The notes: generated from the sequence alone by a model not told the origin. A stretch of DNA of 64,000 bases from an uncultured Erysipelotrichaceae bacterium (GCA_945877405.1 CAMCSA010000003.1:20989-84988); one strand, 5' to 3'. Positions 1 to 9,271 are shown, counted from the first letter of the stretch. Made by a program: numbers and translations.

Positions 1-1
1 A

Positions 2-1888
2 AATGTGCCATACAACTGTGATGTCATCACAACGATGATGCAGGAAAATAAGGAATGTGGAATTCTTGTCTTTCCAGAGCTGTGCATTACCGGATATACA
101 TGTGCCGATCTGTTCAACCAGTCACTTCTTCTGCAGCAGGCAATAGAAGGGCTGTTTGTGATTGCTGAAGCATCTGGTAATATTTTGAATCAGACGGTTG
201 TCGTTGGTGTGCCATTACAGTATGGCAATCAGTTATATAACTGTGCAGCTTTTATCAGTGAAGGAAAGATCTGCGGTATTGTACCAAAGATCAATATCCC
301 AACATATTCAGAATTTTATGAAGGCAGATGGTTTGCTTCTGGTAAAGGAATTGTCAATACATCCATTATCTTAAAGGGGCAGAATATTCCTTTTGGTGTT
401 GATCTGTTATTTGATAATGGCAGTGGTGTCATCATCGGTACGGAAATCTGTGAAGACCTGTGGGTTATGAATAAACCTGGTAATCATGCATGTATGGCAG
501 GAGCGAATATTCTTGTCAATCCTTCGGCTTCCGATGAAGTCATCGGTAAATATGCGTATCGCAGAAATCTTGTATCTGCCCATAGTGGTGACTGCTATTG
601 CGGTTATATTTACAGTTCAGCAGGCAATGATGAGTCTTCTACGGATCTGGTCTTTTCCGGTCATTGCATGATTGCTGAAAGTGGAAAAATTCTGAATGAA
701 TGCATCTATCCGCAAAGAAACCATGTCATTACGGCATTATTGGATGTGGAACGACTTAACCACGATCGGATTCATCAGAATACATGCATCAATACTGATA
801 TTCCATACACACATGTATCCGTATCCGTCGGCTATGCGGGTGGAAATAAACTGGATCCATCTCAACTGGCAGATCTGCTGAAAAGAGAAAACAGAGTACC
901 TTCCAGGATGCCTTTTGTGCCAGAAAATGATGAAGAGCTGGCACAAAGATGCAGATCAATTCTGCAGATTCAGGCACAGGGACTTGCGACAAGAGTCCGC
1001 TCTACCAGGATTACTACACTGGTCATCGGTATTTCTGGTGGTTTGGATTCTACGCTTGCTCTGCTTGTCTGTAATGAAGCAAGAAAGCTTGTACCGGAAA
1101 TTCGAATCATTGCGATCACAATGCCAAATCTAGGCAATACGACTTCATTAACGTACAATAATGCCATCTCACTGATGAAACTGCTGAATACGGAAATCCG
1201 TGAAGTGGAAATCGGTAAGGGAGTTGCGGCACATCTTGCGGATATCGGACATAGTGGAGCATATCAGGGAGAAGGGGATATCGCCTATGAAAATGCACAG
1301 GCAAGAATGAGAACCTATATCCTGATGGACACAGCAAACATGGAAAACGGACTTGTTGTCGGAACGGGAGATCTTTCTGAACTGGCGCTTGGCTGGTGTA
1401 CCTATAATGGCGATCATATGTCCATGTATGGTGTCAATGCCTCTGTTCCTAAAACACTTGTGCAGTATATCTGCAGAGCATATGCTCTGACTTGTGGAAA
1501 TGATGAACTGAAAAATACACTGTTATCGATTGTGGATACACCGATTTCTCCTGAGCTGACACCAAATAAGGATGGTGCAATTGCTCAAAAGACAGAAGAC
1601 AAGATTGGTAAATATGATCTGAATGACTTCTTCCTGTACTGGATGATGCGCTATGGCATGGAACCGGAAAAGATTCTTGGCATGGCTATGGCAGCTTATG
1701 AAGAAGTGGATGAAAATACGATCAGAGAAGCATTGAAGCGTTTTTATAACCGTTTCTTCCATCAGCAGTTCAAACGTTCCTGTCTGCCGGATGGACCAAA
1801 GGTTGGTTCGGTTACACTTTCTCCACGTGGTGACTGGCGTATGCCAAGTGATGCCAGTGTTGCAATGTGGATCAGACAGCTTGGATAA
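2..1888 (+). CDS. nadE: Glutamine-dependent NAD+ synthetase, 5' end cut by window edge
   Basis: The ORF is open to the window start. It has an N-terminal CN-hydrolase domain (VFPELCITGYTCADLF, GTEICEDLW) fused to an NAD synthetase domain with a PP-loop (IGISGGLDSTLAL). Confidence 0.9.
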   Translation, partial: NVPYNCDVITTMMQENKECGILVFPELCITGYTCADLFNQSLLLQQAIEGLFVIAEASGNILNQTVVVGVPLQYGNQLYNCAAFISEGKICGIVPKINIPTYSEFYEGRWFASGKGIVNTSIILKGQNIPFGVDLLFDNGSGVIIGTEICEDLWVMNKPGNHACMAGANILVNPSASDEVIGKYAYRRNLVSAHSGDCYCGYIYSSAGNDESSTDLVFSGHCMIAESGKILNECIYPQRNHVITALLDVERLNHDRIHQNTCINTDIPYTHVSVSVGYAGGNKLDPSQLADLLKRENRVPSRMPFVPENDEELAQRCRSILQIQAQGLATRVRSTRITTLVIGISGGLDSTLALLVCNEARKLVPEIRIIAITMPNLGNTTSLTYNNAISLMKLLNTEIREVEIGKGVAAHLADIGHSGAYQGEGDIAYENAQARMRTYILMDTANMENGLVVGTGDLSELALGWCTYNGDHMSMYGVNASVPKTLVQYICRAYALTCGNDELKNTLLSIVDTPISPELTPNKDGAIAQKTEDKIGKYDLNDFFLYWMMRYGMEPEKILGMAMAAYEEVDENTIREALKRFYNRFFHQQFKRSCLPDGPKVGSVTLSPRGDWRMPSDASVAMWIRQLG

Positions 1889-1911
1889 AAGAGCACATGC
1901 TGCTCTTTTTT
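1889..1911 (+). terminator. Intrinsic terminator after nadE
   Basis: Stem AAGAGCA/TGCTCTT followed by a T-run. Confidence 0.6.
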
Positions 1912-1935
1912 ATAGGGAAAAGAAGAAGTCTGGTG

Positions 1936-1941
1936 TACAAT
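1936..1941 (+). promoter_or_regulatory. -10 box TACAAT placed 7 nt before the ATG at 1949 (leaderless-type promoter)
   Basis: Sequence is tgTACAATagtacccATG. There is no Shine-Dalgarno between the box and the start codon. Confidence 0.45.
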
Positions 1942-1948
1942 AGTACCC

Positions 1949-2578
1949 ATGAAAACATTTATCTTTGACTATAACGGTACGATCCTCAATGATGCAGGGA
2001 TTGCAACAGAAATAGAAAATATCATGTTACAGGAAAGAAATCTTCCGTCTGGTTATACACTGGAAGATTACAGAAGCATGTTTGATACAGATATGATCCA
2101 GTATTACAGACAGATCGGCTATACATTTGAAAAGGAAACTTTTGAGGATGTAGCGCATCAGTTCAATGCACTGTATCAGCAGAAGTTTTCGGAATGCACT
2201 TTATGTGATGGCGTATTACCACTGTTGCAGCAGATCGAAAGAAACAACGACCAGGCGGTGATTCTTTCATCCTGTCAGGATGCCATGCTGAAAAAACAGT
2301 GCCAACAGCTTGGCATATCTCATTATTTCAAGGAAATCATGGGCATTGACAATTTTCTTGCCGGAAGTAAAGTCGAAATTGCAAAACACTGGATGATCCG
2401 CTCAGCGGTCAGACCGGATGACTGTACGTATTTTGGGGATACACTGGCGGATTACAATACTGCCAAGGCAATAGGGGTGGAAGATATCATCCTTGTTGCT
2501 TCAGGGCATCAGTCCTACGTCAGACTCAAACAGGTCTGCCCATCCGCAATTCACAGTTTAAAGGAGTATCAACGATGA
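1949..2578 (+). CDS. HAD-superfamily hydrolase (phosphoglycolate phosphatase-like) with variant motif I
   Basis: Motif I reads FDYNGT (DxN instead of DxD). HAD motifs II/III are present (ILSS ... GDTLADYNTAKAIG). Confidence 0.75.
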   Translation: MKTFIFDYNGTILNDAGIATEIENIMLQERNLPSGYTLEDYRSMFDTDMIQYYRQIGYTFEKETFEDVAHQFNALYQQKFSECTLCDGVLPLLQQIERNNDQAVILSSCQDAMLKKQCQQLGISHYFKEIMGIDNFLAGSKVEIAKHWMIRSAVRPDDCTYFGDTLADYNTAKAIGVEDIILVASGHQSYVRLKQVCPSAIHSLKEYQR

Positions 2579-3738
2579 AATACTGTCCTTCAGCAAAAAA
2601 ATGTGGTGGATGTACGAGTATCCACGAACCATATGAAAACAGCCTTGCTGGCAAACAGGAAAAAGTTCAGAAACTGTTTCCAGGGCACAAAGTAGAACAG
2701 ATTATCGGTATGGAAGATCCATACCATTACAGGCATAAGATCTACGCATCTTTTTCTCATGCAAAAGATGGCAGAATCATGGCTGGAATGTATGAAGAAC
2801 ATACACACAGACTCATTGATTCCAGAATGTGCCTGATTCAGCATGCAAAGGCAAATGCAATTCTACAGACAATCTGCACTTTAGCAACGGAAATGAAGAT
2901 CCAGTCCTATGATGAAGATACCGGTACTGGTACATTACGTCATGCCTATATGCGTGTTTCTCATAAAACTGGAGAAGTGTTGCTTGTTGTTGTGATCGGT
3001 TCCAAAGATCTTCCAGGATCTCATGCTTTTGTGCAGAAAATCGTAAAGGCACATCCTGAAATTGCAACTGTCATCCTGAACTGGAACAGAGACAACACAT
3101 CCATGATTCTTGGGCCAAAGGATAAGGTGCTGTATGGAAAGGGATATATTGAAGATGAAATTGATGGGATGGTATTCCGTATCAGTGCCCATACATTCTA
3201 TCAGGTCAACCCAGTCCAAACAGAAGTGATGTATTCTACGGCTTTACAATATGCAAAGCTGAAGGAGACAGATACCGTATTGGACATGTGTTGTGGCATC
3301 GGTACGATTTCTCTTCTTGCCGCAAGAAAAGCTAAATATGTACTTGGGGTAGAAGTTAATCCGAAATCCATTCAGGATGCACGCAAAAATGCTGTCCGGA
3401 ATCATATCCGTAATGCGGAATTTCTGGCTATGGATGGAGAAGAATTCATCCATGAGCTGATGGATACCCCAGACGTCGTATTCCTGGACCCTCCACGAAG
3501 CGGTTTTTCTGAATCCTTTATGCGTACATTACAGAAATTGTCACCTGAAAGAATTGTATATGTTTCCTGTAATCCGATCACGCAGGCAAGAGATCTGAAG
3601 GTTATTTCAGGTACATACCATATCGATCAGATTCAGCCTGTTGATAATTTTCCGTTTACAACAGAGCTTGAATGCATCGTAAGTCTAACCCGGAAACAGA
3701 TAAAAGATAAAAACACGTTTCATCGATCAAAAAGATAA
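2575..3738 (+). CDS. 23S rRNA (uracil-5-)-methyltransferase, RlmCD/RumA (TrmA) family
   Basis: N-terminal Cys cluster (CPSAKKCGGC ... C), SAM-binding LDMCCGIGTISL, and catalytic VYVSCNP near the C-terminus. AAGGAG SD; ATGA overlap with the upstream gene. Confidence 0.85.
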   Translation: MKYCPSAKKCGGCTSIHEPYENSLAGKQEKVQKLFPGHKVEQIIGMEDPYHYRHKIYASFSHAKDGRIMAGMYEEHTHRLIDSRMCLIQHAKANAILQTICTLATEMKIQSYDEDTGTGTLRHAYMRVSHKTGEVLLVVVIGSKDLPGSHAFVQKIVKAHPEIATVILNWNRDNTSMILGPKDKVLYGKGYIEDEIDGMVFRISAHTFYQVNPVQTEVMYSTALQYAKLKETDTVLDMCCGIGTISLLAARKAKYVLGVEVNPKSIQDARKNAVRNHIRNAEFLAMDGEEFIHELMDTPDVVFLDPPRSGFSESFMRTLQKLSPERIVYVSCNPITQARDLKVISGTYHIDQIQPVDNFPFTTELECIVSLTRKQIKDKNTFHRSKR

Positions 3739-3770
3739 TGCCAGCCTGTACAGCAGACTGGCACCTTTTT
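3739..3770 (+). terminator. Intrinsic terminator after the methyltransferase gene
   Basis: Stem TGCCAG/CTGGCA followed by CCTTTTT. Confidence 0.5.
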
Positions 3771-3942
3771 CTGTTATCTGATATATGTGATCCCGTATAA
3801 ATCAGCAGATCCGGTTACAGATACGTTACACGATTGTGAAAGATGTAATTGTTTATGGAAAATATGTCTTTTTCACTGTTAATCATATTGTGAAAAGGTA
3901 TAATAATAAGGATAGTCAATACATTTTTCAGAAAGGAAACAC

Positions 3943-4728
3943 ATGTCAACATTGAACATTTTTCAGATCAGTTTTGAAATATGGGGTTGTATCACCGGAA
4001 TTGTGATTGCCATGATTCTTGGTGTACCAACATTTCGTGAGCATGATCATAATGGAAAAATACTCTGGTATATGGTCCTTTTCAATAATATTATGCTTGT
4101 CTGTGATGCCTTGGCGTACATCTATCGTGGGGATCTGACAAAGATCGGTATTATCATGACCCGCATCAGTAACTTTTCTCTGTTTCTGATGGAATATATC
4201 GTCCTGTTCTGTTTTATCAATCATGTCAGATGTCTGACTGCAAATGAAGACAGACGAACTCACAGATGGCAAACAGTAGCTGTGCTTCTGGATGGCGTAG
4301 CACTTGCAGGTCTTTTTGCCACGCCGTTTACCAATCTGTATTATTCCTTTGATACATTGAATCGTTACAGCAGAGGAAAAGGGTTATGGATCAGTTTTGC
4401 TGCATGTGCCGCCGTCATGCTCATCTGCATTTACAGGCTTTATACATGCAGAAAACAATTAAGCAAAACACAGAAGAACGTATTCTTTTCCTGTATTACA
4501 ATCTTTTTCGTATGCATGCTTCTGCAGTTTGTTGTATATGGCTTATCCTTAATCAATATGGCACTCACCATCAGCATTCAGTTTATGTATTTCATGCATG
4601 CAAAACAGCAGTATGAATACAGATATCAGCAGAATATCGAGCAGGCAATCCATGATACGACAGAGTTTGTCACATGGAAACTGAAACACTGTTCAAAGGA
4701 GGCAGTAGATGAATCGGACGAAAAATAA
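3943..4728 (+). CDS. Polytopic membrane protein (6-7 TM), resembles the N-terminal 7TM sensor modules usually fused to GGDEF/kinase domains
   Basis: Multiple hydrophobic helices and an SD gaaagga. The 3' end overlaps the next gene by 20 nt. Confidence 0.6.
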   Translation: MSTLNIFQISFEIWGCITGIVIAMILGVPTFREHDHNGKILWYMVLFNNIMLVCDALAYIYRGDLTKIGIIMTRISNFSLFLMEYIVLFCFINHVRCLTANEDRRTHRWQTVAVLLDGVALAGLFATPFTNLYYSFDTLNRYSRGKGLWISFAACAAVMLICIYRLYTCRKQLSKTQKNVFFSCITIFFVCMLLQFVVYGLSLINMALTISIQFMYFMHAKQQYEYRYQQNIEQAIHDTTEFVTWKLKHCSKEAVDESDEK

Positions 4729-6211
4729 TCTGATGATCATTATTGTACTTGGAATCATTGCCGCAAGTGTATCCATTGGATCGATTTCATTAATGAGCTT
4801 TGCCAATGTTGTGACAAATGATAACAGACAGGTGCTTGAATATGCCTGTAGACAGAATGCAGAAACGATCAATGCACAGTTGAGTGAAACAGAAACACTT
4901 GTACATACTCTTTCTGACTACTATACCGAAGAAATCGAAAATATCGGTGATCTGCGTGATGAACAGTGGCTGATGGAATATACTCAGCAGGCACAACAGG
5001 TAGCAACCTCAGTCATTGATAATTCCAATTCTCTGATCGCTGTCTATCTGCGATTCAATCCTGCTTTCACTTCTCCAACTGCCGGCTTTTTTCTGTCACG
5101 AGCAAAAGCGGACCAACAGGTGGAATCCTTGCCACCTACTGATCTGTCTTTATATGATAAAAGTAATGTTGCTGCAGCAGGCTGGTATTATATACCGGTT
5201 GAAAAGGGAGAAGCAGTATGGCTGCAGCCTTATGTCAACGTTAATAACGGCTACTATATGATCTCTTATGTACAGCCTCTCTATAAAGATGATCAGTTGA
5301 TTGGTGTGTTCGGTATGGATCTTGACTATGATGCTATTTTGAAGAAAACAGCTTCCATTCATCTGTATGACAGTGGTTATGCACTGTTAATGGATCAGAA
5401 TGGTTCCTTTCATTCTGCATTAGGTCATGTGCCGCAGATCAGTTCAGACACAATCAGAAAAATCATCAACGGAGAGGATAATTGTGTGACTTCCTCATTT
5501 ATTGAAGTGCAACAGTTGTACATCACAACCTCCGTGCGGATGCAGAATGGTGATTATCTGATACTTGTTGTATCAGAACAGGAACTGTATAAAGCAGGAA
5601 ATCAGATGATCTTTACCATTATTCTGAACACTTTAGCCGTATGTACTGTCATCATTGCAATTCTGACAGGTATGATCAATCGAATGATGAATGAAACAAG
5701 AACAGATCCATTGACCAGATGCCGTAACAGAGATGCATACCTGGAGAAAAGAAACAGTATGGAAAAGGCTTTACAGTCTGGTAAATCCATGCATTTTGCA
5801 ATTGTTGTCATGGATATCAATGGCTTAAAAGGAATCAATGACAGCCAAGGACATCTCAGTGGAGACCGATTGCTGATCAACAGTTGTAAACTGATGAAAG
5901 AGGCATTCCCGAAAGAAACGCTGTACCGTATTGGCGGGGATGAATTTGTAATCATTCTGGATCGAAGAACATGCAAAGTGGTGGAAAAGCTTGTACAGGA
6001 CTTCAGAGTCAATAATGATAGGGTTGCACAATGTTACAACATGGATTGCGACCATCCTCTGATCTCAATCGGATATGCGGTTTATGATCCATCGATTCAT
6101 TACAGTTACAGCGATACATTCAAACAGGCAGATGAAAACATGTACAGTGACAAACAGTGTTTCTATGCAAAATATGGACAATATGCAAGAAGAAAGGATA
6201 GCAAATCATGA
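4709..6211 (+). CDS. Diguanylate cyclase with extracytoplasmic Cache-like sensor domain
   Basis: Architecture is TM, a roughly 270-aa periplasmic-type domain, TM, then GGDEF. It carries DINGLKGINDSQGHLSGD and RIGGDEF. I see no RxxD I-site. Strong AAGGAGG SD. Confidence 0.85.
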   Translation: MNRTKNNLMIIIVLGIIAASVSIGSISLMSFANVVTNDNRQVLEYACRQNAETINAQLSETETLVHTLSDYYTEEIENIGDLRDEQWLMEYTQQAQQVATSVIDNSNSLIAVYLRFNPAFTSPTAGFFLSRAKADQQVESLPPTDLSLYDKSNVAAAGWYYIPVEKGEAVWLQPYVNVNNGYYMISYVQPLYKDDQLIGVFGMDLDYDAILKKTASIHLYDSGYALLMDQNGSFHSALGHVPQISSDTIRKIINGEDNCVTSSFIEVQQLYITTSVRMQNGDYLILVVSEQELYKAGNQMIFTIILNTLAVCTVIIAILTGMINRMMNETRTDPLTRCRNRDAYLEKRNSMEKALQSGKSMHFAIVVMDINGLKGINDSQGHLSGDRLLINSCKLMKEAFPKETLYRIGGDEFVIILDRRTCKVVEKLVQDFRVNNDRVAQCYNMDCDHPLISIGYAVYDPSIHYSYSDTFKQADENMYSDKQCFYAKYGQYARRKDSKS

Positions 6212-7362
6212 TGGATAACATGAAGTGGATCCGAAAACCCGACCGGGTGACTGTTGAAAATGGAAAGATTTATCTGGTAACCCAACCTCACACAGATTTA
6301 TGGCAGAATACGTATTATCATTTCTGTAATGATAATGCCCCATTATTCCTGATGGACTGTGATCAGCCATATTTTTCCTTTACAGTGAAAACGGATTTTT
6401 CTGACAGTCATCACAGATTTGATCAGTGTGGTATTGCGATCTATCAGGACAGCAGAAACTGGTTGAAGGCATCCTGTGAATATGAAAATAAGTCCTTTTC
6501 CAACCTGGGATCAGTTGTGACAAATAATGGATACTCGGACTGGGCAGTCAATGAGATTCCATCCACAATCAGATCCGTATGGTATCGACTTTCACGCAGA
6601 GAAGATGATTATCGCATCGAATATTCCTTTGATGGTAATCAGTATCATATGATGAGAATTGCACATCTTAGTCAAGGGAAAGGTACAGTTCACGTTGGTA
6701 TTTATGCCTGCAGTCCTGAAGATTCCAGCTTTACAGCAGTATTTTCCGATCTTTCTATGGATGAATGTGTATGGCAGGCTCACGTTAGTCAACAGATGGA
6801 TGAACCACAGCTGATTATATCCCATGAACCGGTTGATTACCCGAATATCAGAATCATTACAGCAGATATTACGGATCTGAAAGTGGATGCGATAGTCAAT
6901 GCGGCAAATAACGGACTGAAAGAAGGTGGTGGCGTATGTGGTGCCATCTTCCAGAAAGCAGGAGCAGCAAAACTCAGGAAAGCATGCGATCAGATTGGCG
7001 GATGCCCGACTGGGGAAGCAGTAATCACAGAAGGATTTGGCCTGAAGGCTGCTAACATCATTCATGCGGTAGGTCCTGTATGGCAGGGTGGCAGCCACAA
7101 TGAAGAAAGACTGCTTGCCTCCGCTTATTACAATGCACTTGATCTTGGAATGATCAACGGCTGTACTTCCATAGCCTTTCCTCTGATTTCTGCTGGTATT
7201 TACGGATACCCGAAACAGCAGGCATGGAAGATTGCTTTGCAGACGTGCATGGATTTTATTGATGATTTCCCAATCGATATTACCTTTGCGGTATTGGATG
7301 AAAAGATGCAAGCCATGGGAGAGCAGATCTTTACATCTTTAAAAAGGGAAAGAAATCTATGA
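6208..7362 (+). CDS. Fusion protein: DUF1349 (ConA-like, Ree1-type) domain + macrodomain (ADP-ribose/O-acetyl-ADP-ribose hydrolase type)
   Basis: The N-terminal ~190 aa match the DUF1349 pattern (WIRKP...LVT.P.TDLWQ...RFDQCGI). The C-terminal macro motifs are VDAIVNAANNGLKEGGGVCGAIF, HAVGPVW and AFPLISAGIYGYP. Confidence 0.8.
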   Translation: MMDNMKWIRKPDRVTVENGKIYLVTQPHTDLWQNTYYHFCNDNAPLFLMDCDQPYFSFTVKTDFSDSHHRFDQCGIAIYQDSRNWLKASCEYENKSFSNLGSVVTNNGYSDWAVNEIPSTIRSVWYRLSRREDDYRIEYSFDGNQYHMMRIAHLSQGKGTVHVGIYACSPEDSSFTAVFSDLSMDECVWQAHVSQQMDEPQLIISHEPVDYPNIRIITADITDLKVDAIVNAANNGLKEGGGVCGAIFQKAGAAKLRKACDQIGGCPTGEAVITEGFGLKAANIIHAVGPVWQGGSHNEERLLASAYYNALDLGMINGCTSIAFPLISAGIYGYPKQQAWKIALQTCMDFIDDFPIDITFAVLDEKMQAMGEQIFTSLKRERNL

Positions 7363-7853
7363 TCAGTCTGATTGTGGCAAGAAGTCGCAACAATGTAATC
7401 GGTAAGGATGGTAATATGCCATGGCATATTCCGGAAGAGCTTTCTCAGTTCAAGGCTTTGACAATTGGAAATACCGTGATTATGGGCAGAAAAACATTTG
7501 AAGCCATTGGTCATCCGCTAAAACAGAGAACCAATATCATCGTATCCGCAACACTTTCATTACATGAAAAAGACTGTTTTACCGTACATTCTTTGAAAGA
7601 AGCAATTGAGAAAAGTCCAGCTGATCAGGATATCTATATTGCTGGAGGATACCGGCTGTATCAGGAAGCCATACCGATTGTTGATGTGATGTATATTACA
7701 GAAGTGGATCTTTTCATAGAAGGAGGAGATACCTTCTTCCCTTGCTTTGATCCATCCGCATTTGAAAAAGATATCATGGAAACACAGGGTGATACAATCC
7801 GTTATACAAGAACCGTTTACAGACGGAAGGAGAATGAAAATGGAAACAGCTGA
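7359..7853 (+). CDS. folA: Dihydrofolate reductase
   Basis: MISLIVARSRNNVIGKDGNMPWHIPEEL, IMGRKTFEAIG, IAGGYRLY, GDTFFP. ATGA overlap with the upstream gene. Confidence 0.92.
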   Translation: MISLIVARSRNNVIGKDGNMPWHIPEELSQFKALTIGNTVIMGRKTFEAIGHPLKQRTNIIVSATLSLHEKDCFTVHSLKEAIEKSPADQDIYIAGGYRLYQEAIPIVDVMYITEVDLFIEGGDTFFPCFDPSAFEKDIMETQGDTIRYTRTVYRRKENENGNS

Positions 7854-8349
7854 AGCAATGCAGAAAAGAAGAAGTATCAGAAAATATACGGATGAACCGG
7901 TGTCAAAAGAAGATCTGGATTTTCTGATGCACTGTGCCATGTCAGGGCCAAGTGCAGTCAACAGACGTCCATGGGATTTCTATATTGTTACTGATCCCAA
8001 GGTTCTTGAGGAACTTCGTAAAGCCAGTCGTTATACGAATATTGTTTCCCCATGTGCGATTGTGGTATGTGGGAATCTGAGTAGAGCATTACCGATGCAG
8101 TTGAGTGAATTCTGGGTGCAGGACTGCAGTGCTGCAACAGAAAATATTCTGCTTGGTGCGGTATCGATCGGCCTTGGTACTGTGTGGTGTGGAATCCATC
8201 CACAGAAAAATGCAGTCAAAAAAGTATCTGCTGCATTAAATCTTTCAACAAAACAGATACCACTGAATATTATTTTTGTCGGCCATCCGGATCAGGTCTT
8301 TGAACCACGTGATCAGTATGAAGAAAAAAGAATTCACTGGGTTGAATGA
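7840..8349 (+). CDS. Nitroreductase-family flavoprotein (start 7834 or 7840)
   Basis: METAEAMQKRRSIRKYTDEPV is a typical nitroreductase N-terminus. GGAAGGAG SD at 7825-7832. Overlaps the folA 3' end. Confidence 0.85.
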   Translation: METAEAMQKRRSIRKYTDEPVSKEDLDFLMHCAMSGPSAVNRRPWDFYIVTDPKVLEELRKASRYTNIVSPCAIVVCGNLSRALPMQLSEFWVQDCSAATENILLGAVSIGLGTVWCGIHPQKNAVKKVSAALNLSTKQIPLNIIFVGHPDQVFEPRDQYEEKRIHWVE

Positions 8350-8376
8350 TACAGGCGTTTTACACGCCTGTATTTT
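8349..8376. terminator. Hairpin terminator between convergent nitroreductase and LysR genes
   Basis: Stem ATACAGGCG/CGCCTGTAT followed by a T-run. Overlaps the lysR-type stop codon. Confidence 0.6.
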
Positions 8377-9238
8377 CTTTCAGAAGTTGTGCAAACAGTC
8401 TTGTACTTCTGCTTTGGTACATCCTGTTTATCAGAATCTGTCTGTACAGTGTAATCTGTACATCGGGAAGTGAAAATGTTTGATACTCAGCCGTCGATGA
8501 ATATTTACTGATGACGTAGTCTGGAAGAAATGATATCCCATCCCGCTGTTTGAGCAATGTCATCAGAAAATCGGTATTTGGCGTTTCAATGATCGGATGC
8601 AGTATGATTTGGTTACATGCACAGATCTCATCGAGAATCTGTCTGTATGAGGCGTTTGGTTCCGTTAACAACAGTGGATAATGCTGCAGATGTTGTAAAG
8701 AATCCAGACAGGAAACAGGGTAGTTTACATGATGGACAAAGTGTACCTGCTCTGCATGCAGGATAACTGTTTCAAATCTGTAATCATGAATTGGCATATC
8801 AACAAGTAAGGCAAGATCAATGCGATGTGTATCAAGCATCTGCAACAATCCATCAATTGTATCGCTGATCATACGGATTGTGACAAGCGGGTACAGATTC
8901 TGAAAACGGGTAATCATCTTTGCCAGATATTCATCATGCAGTGAGTCGATGATTCCTATGGTCAGAGTTTCTGATAACTCGGATTCCTGACTCAGGTCGT
9001 TTTTTGCCTCCTCAAAAGCATCCAGGATTTTCAGCGCATGTTCATACAGCTTTTCTGCTTCTTTGCTTAATGTGAATGATCTTCCTGAGCGGATAAACAG
9101 GGGACATCCAAACTCATTTTCCAAAGATGCCATCTGTACGGAAATGGTAGCTTTCGCATAACCAAGTGTTTCTGCTGCCTGTGACATGCTTTTCTTCTAT
9201 ACCACAGTGATAAACGTCCGTAATGTATTCAGATCCAT
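8360..9238 (-). pseudogene. LysR-family transcriptional regulator interrupted by an in-frame TAG at codon 14 (9197-9199)
   Basis: GGAGG SD at 9243-9247 and ATG at 9238. The reading is MDLNTLRTFITVV-TAG-KKSMSQAAETLGYAKATISVQMASLE (a LysR HTH), followed by a 275-aa LysR substrate-binding body. Confidence 0.8.
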
Positions 9239-9271
9239 GATTCCTCCGTTTAAATATAATGAACATACAGT

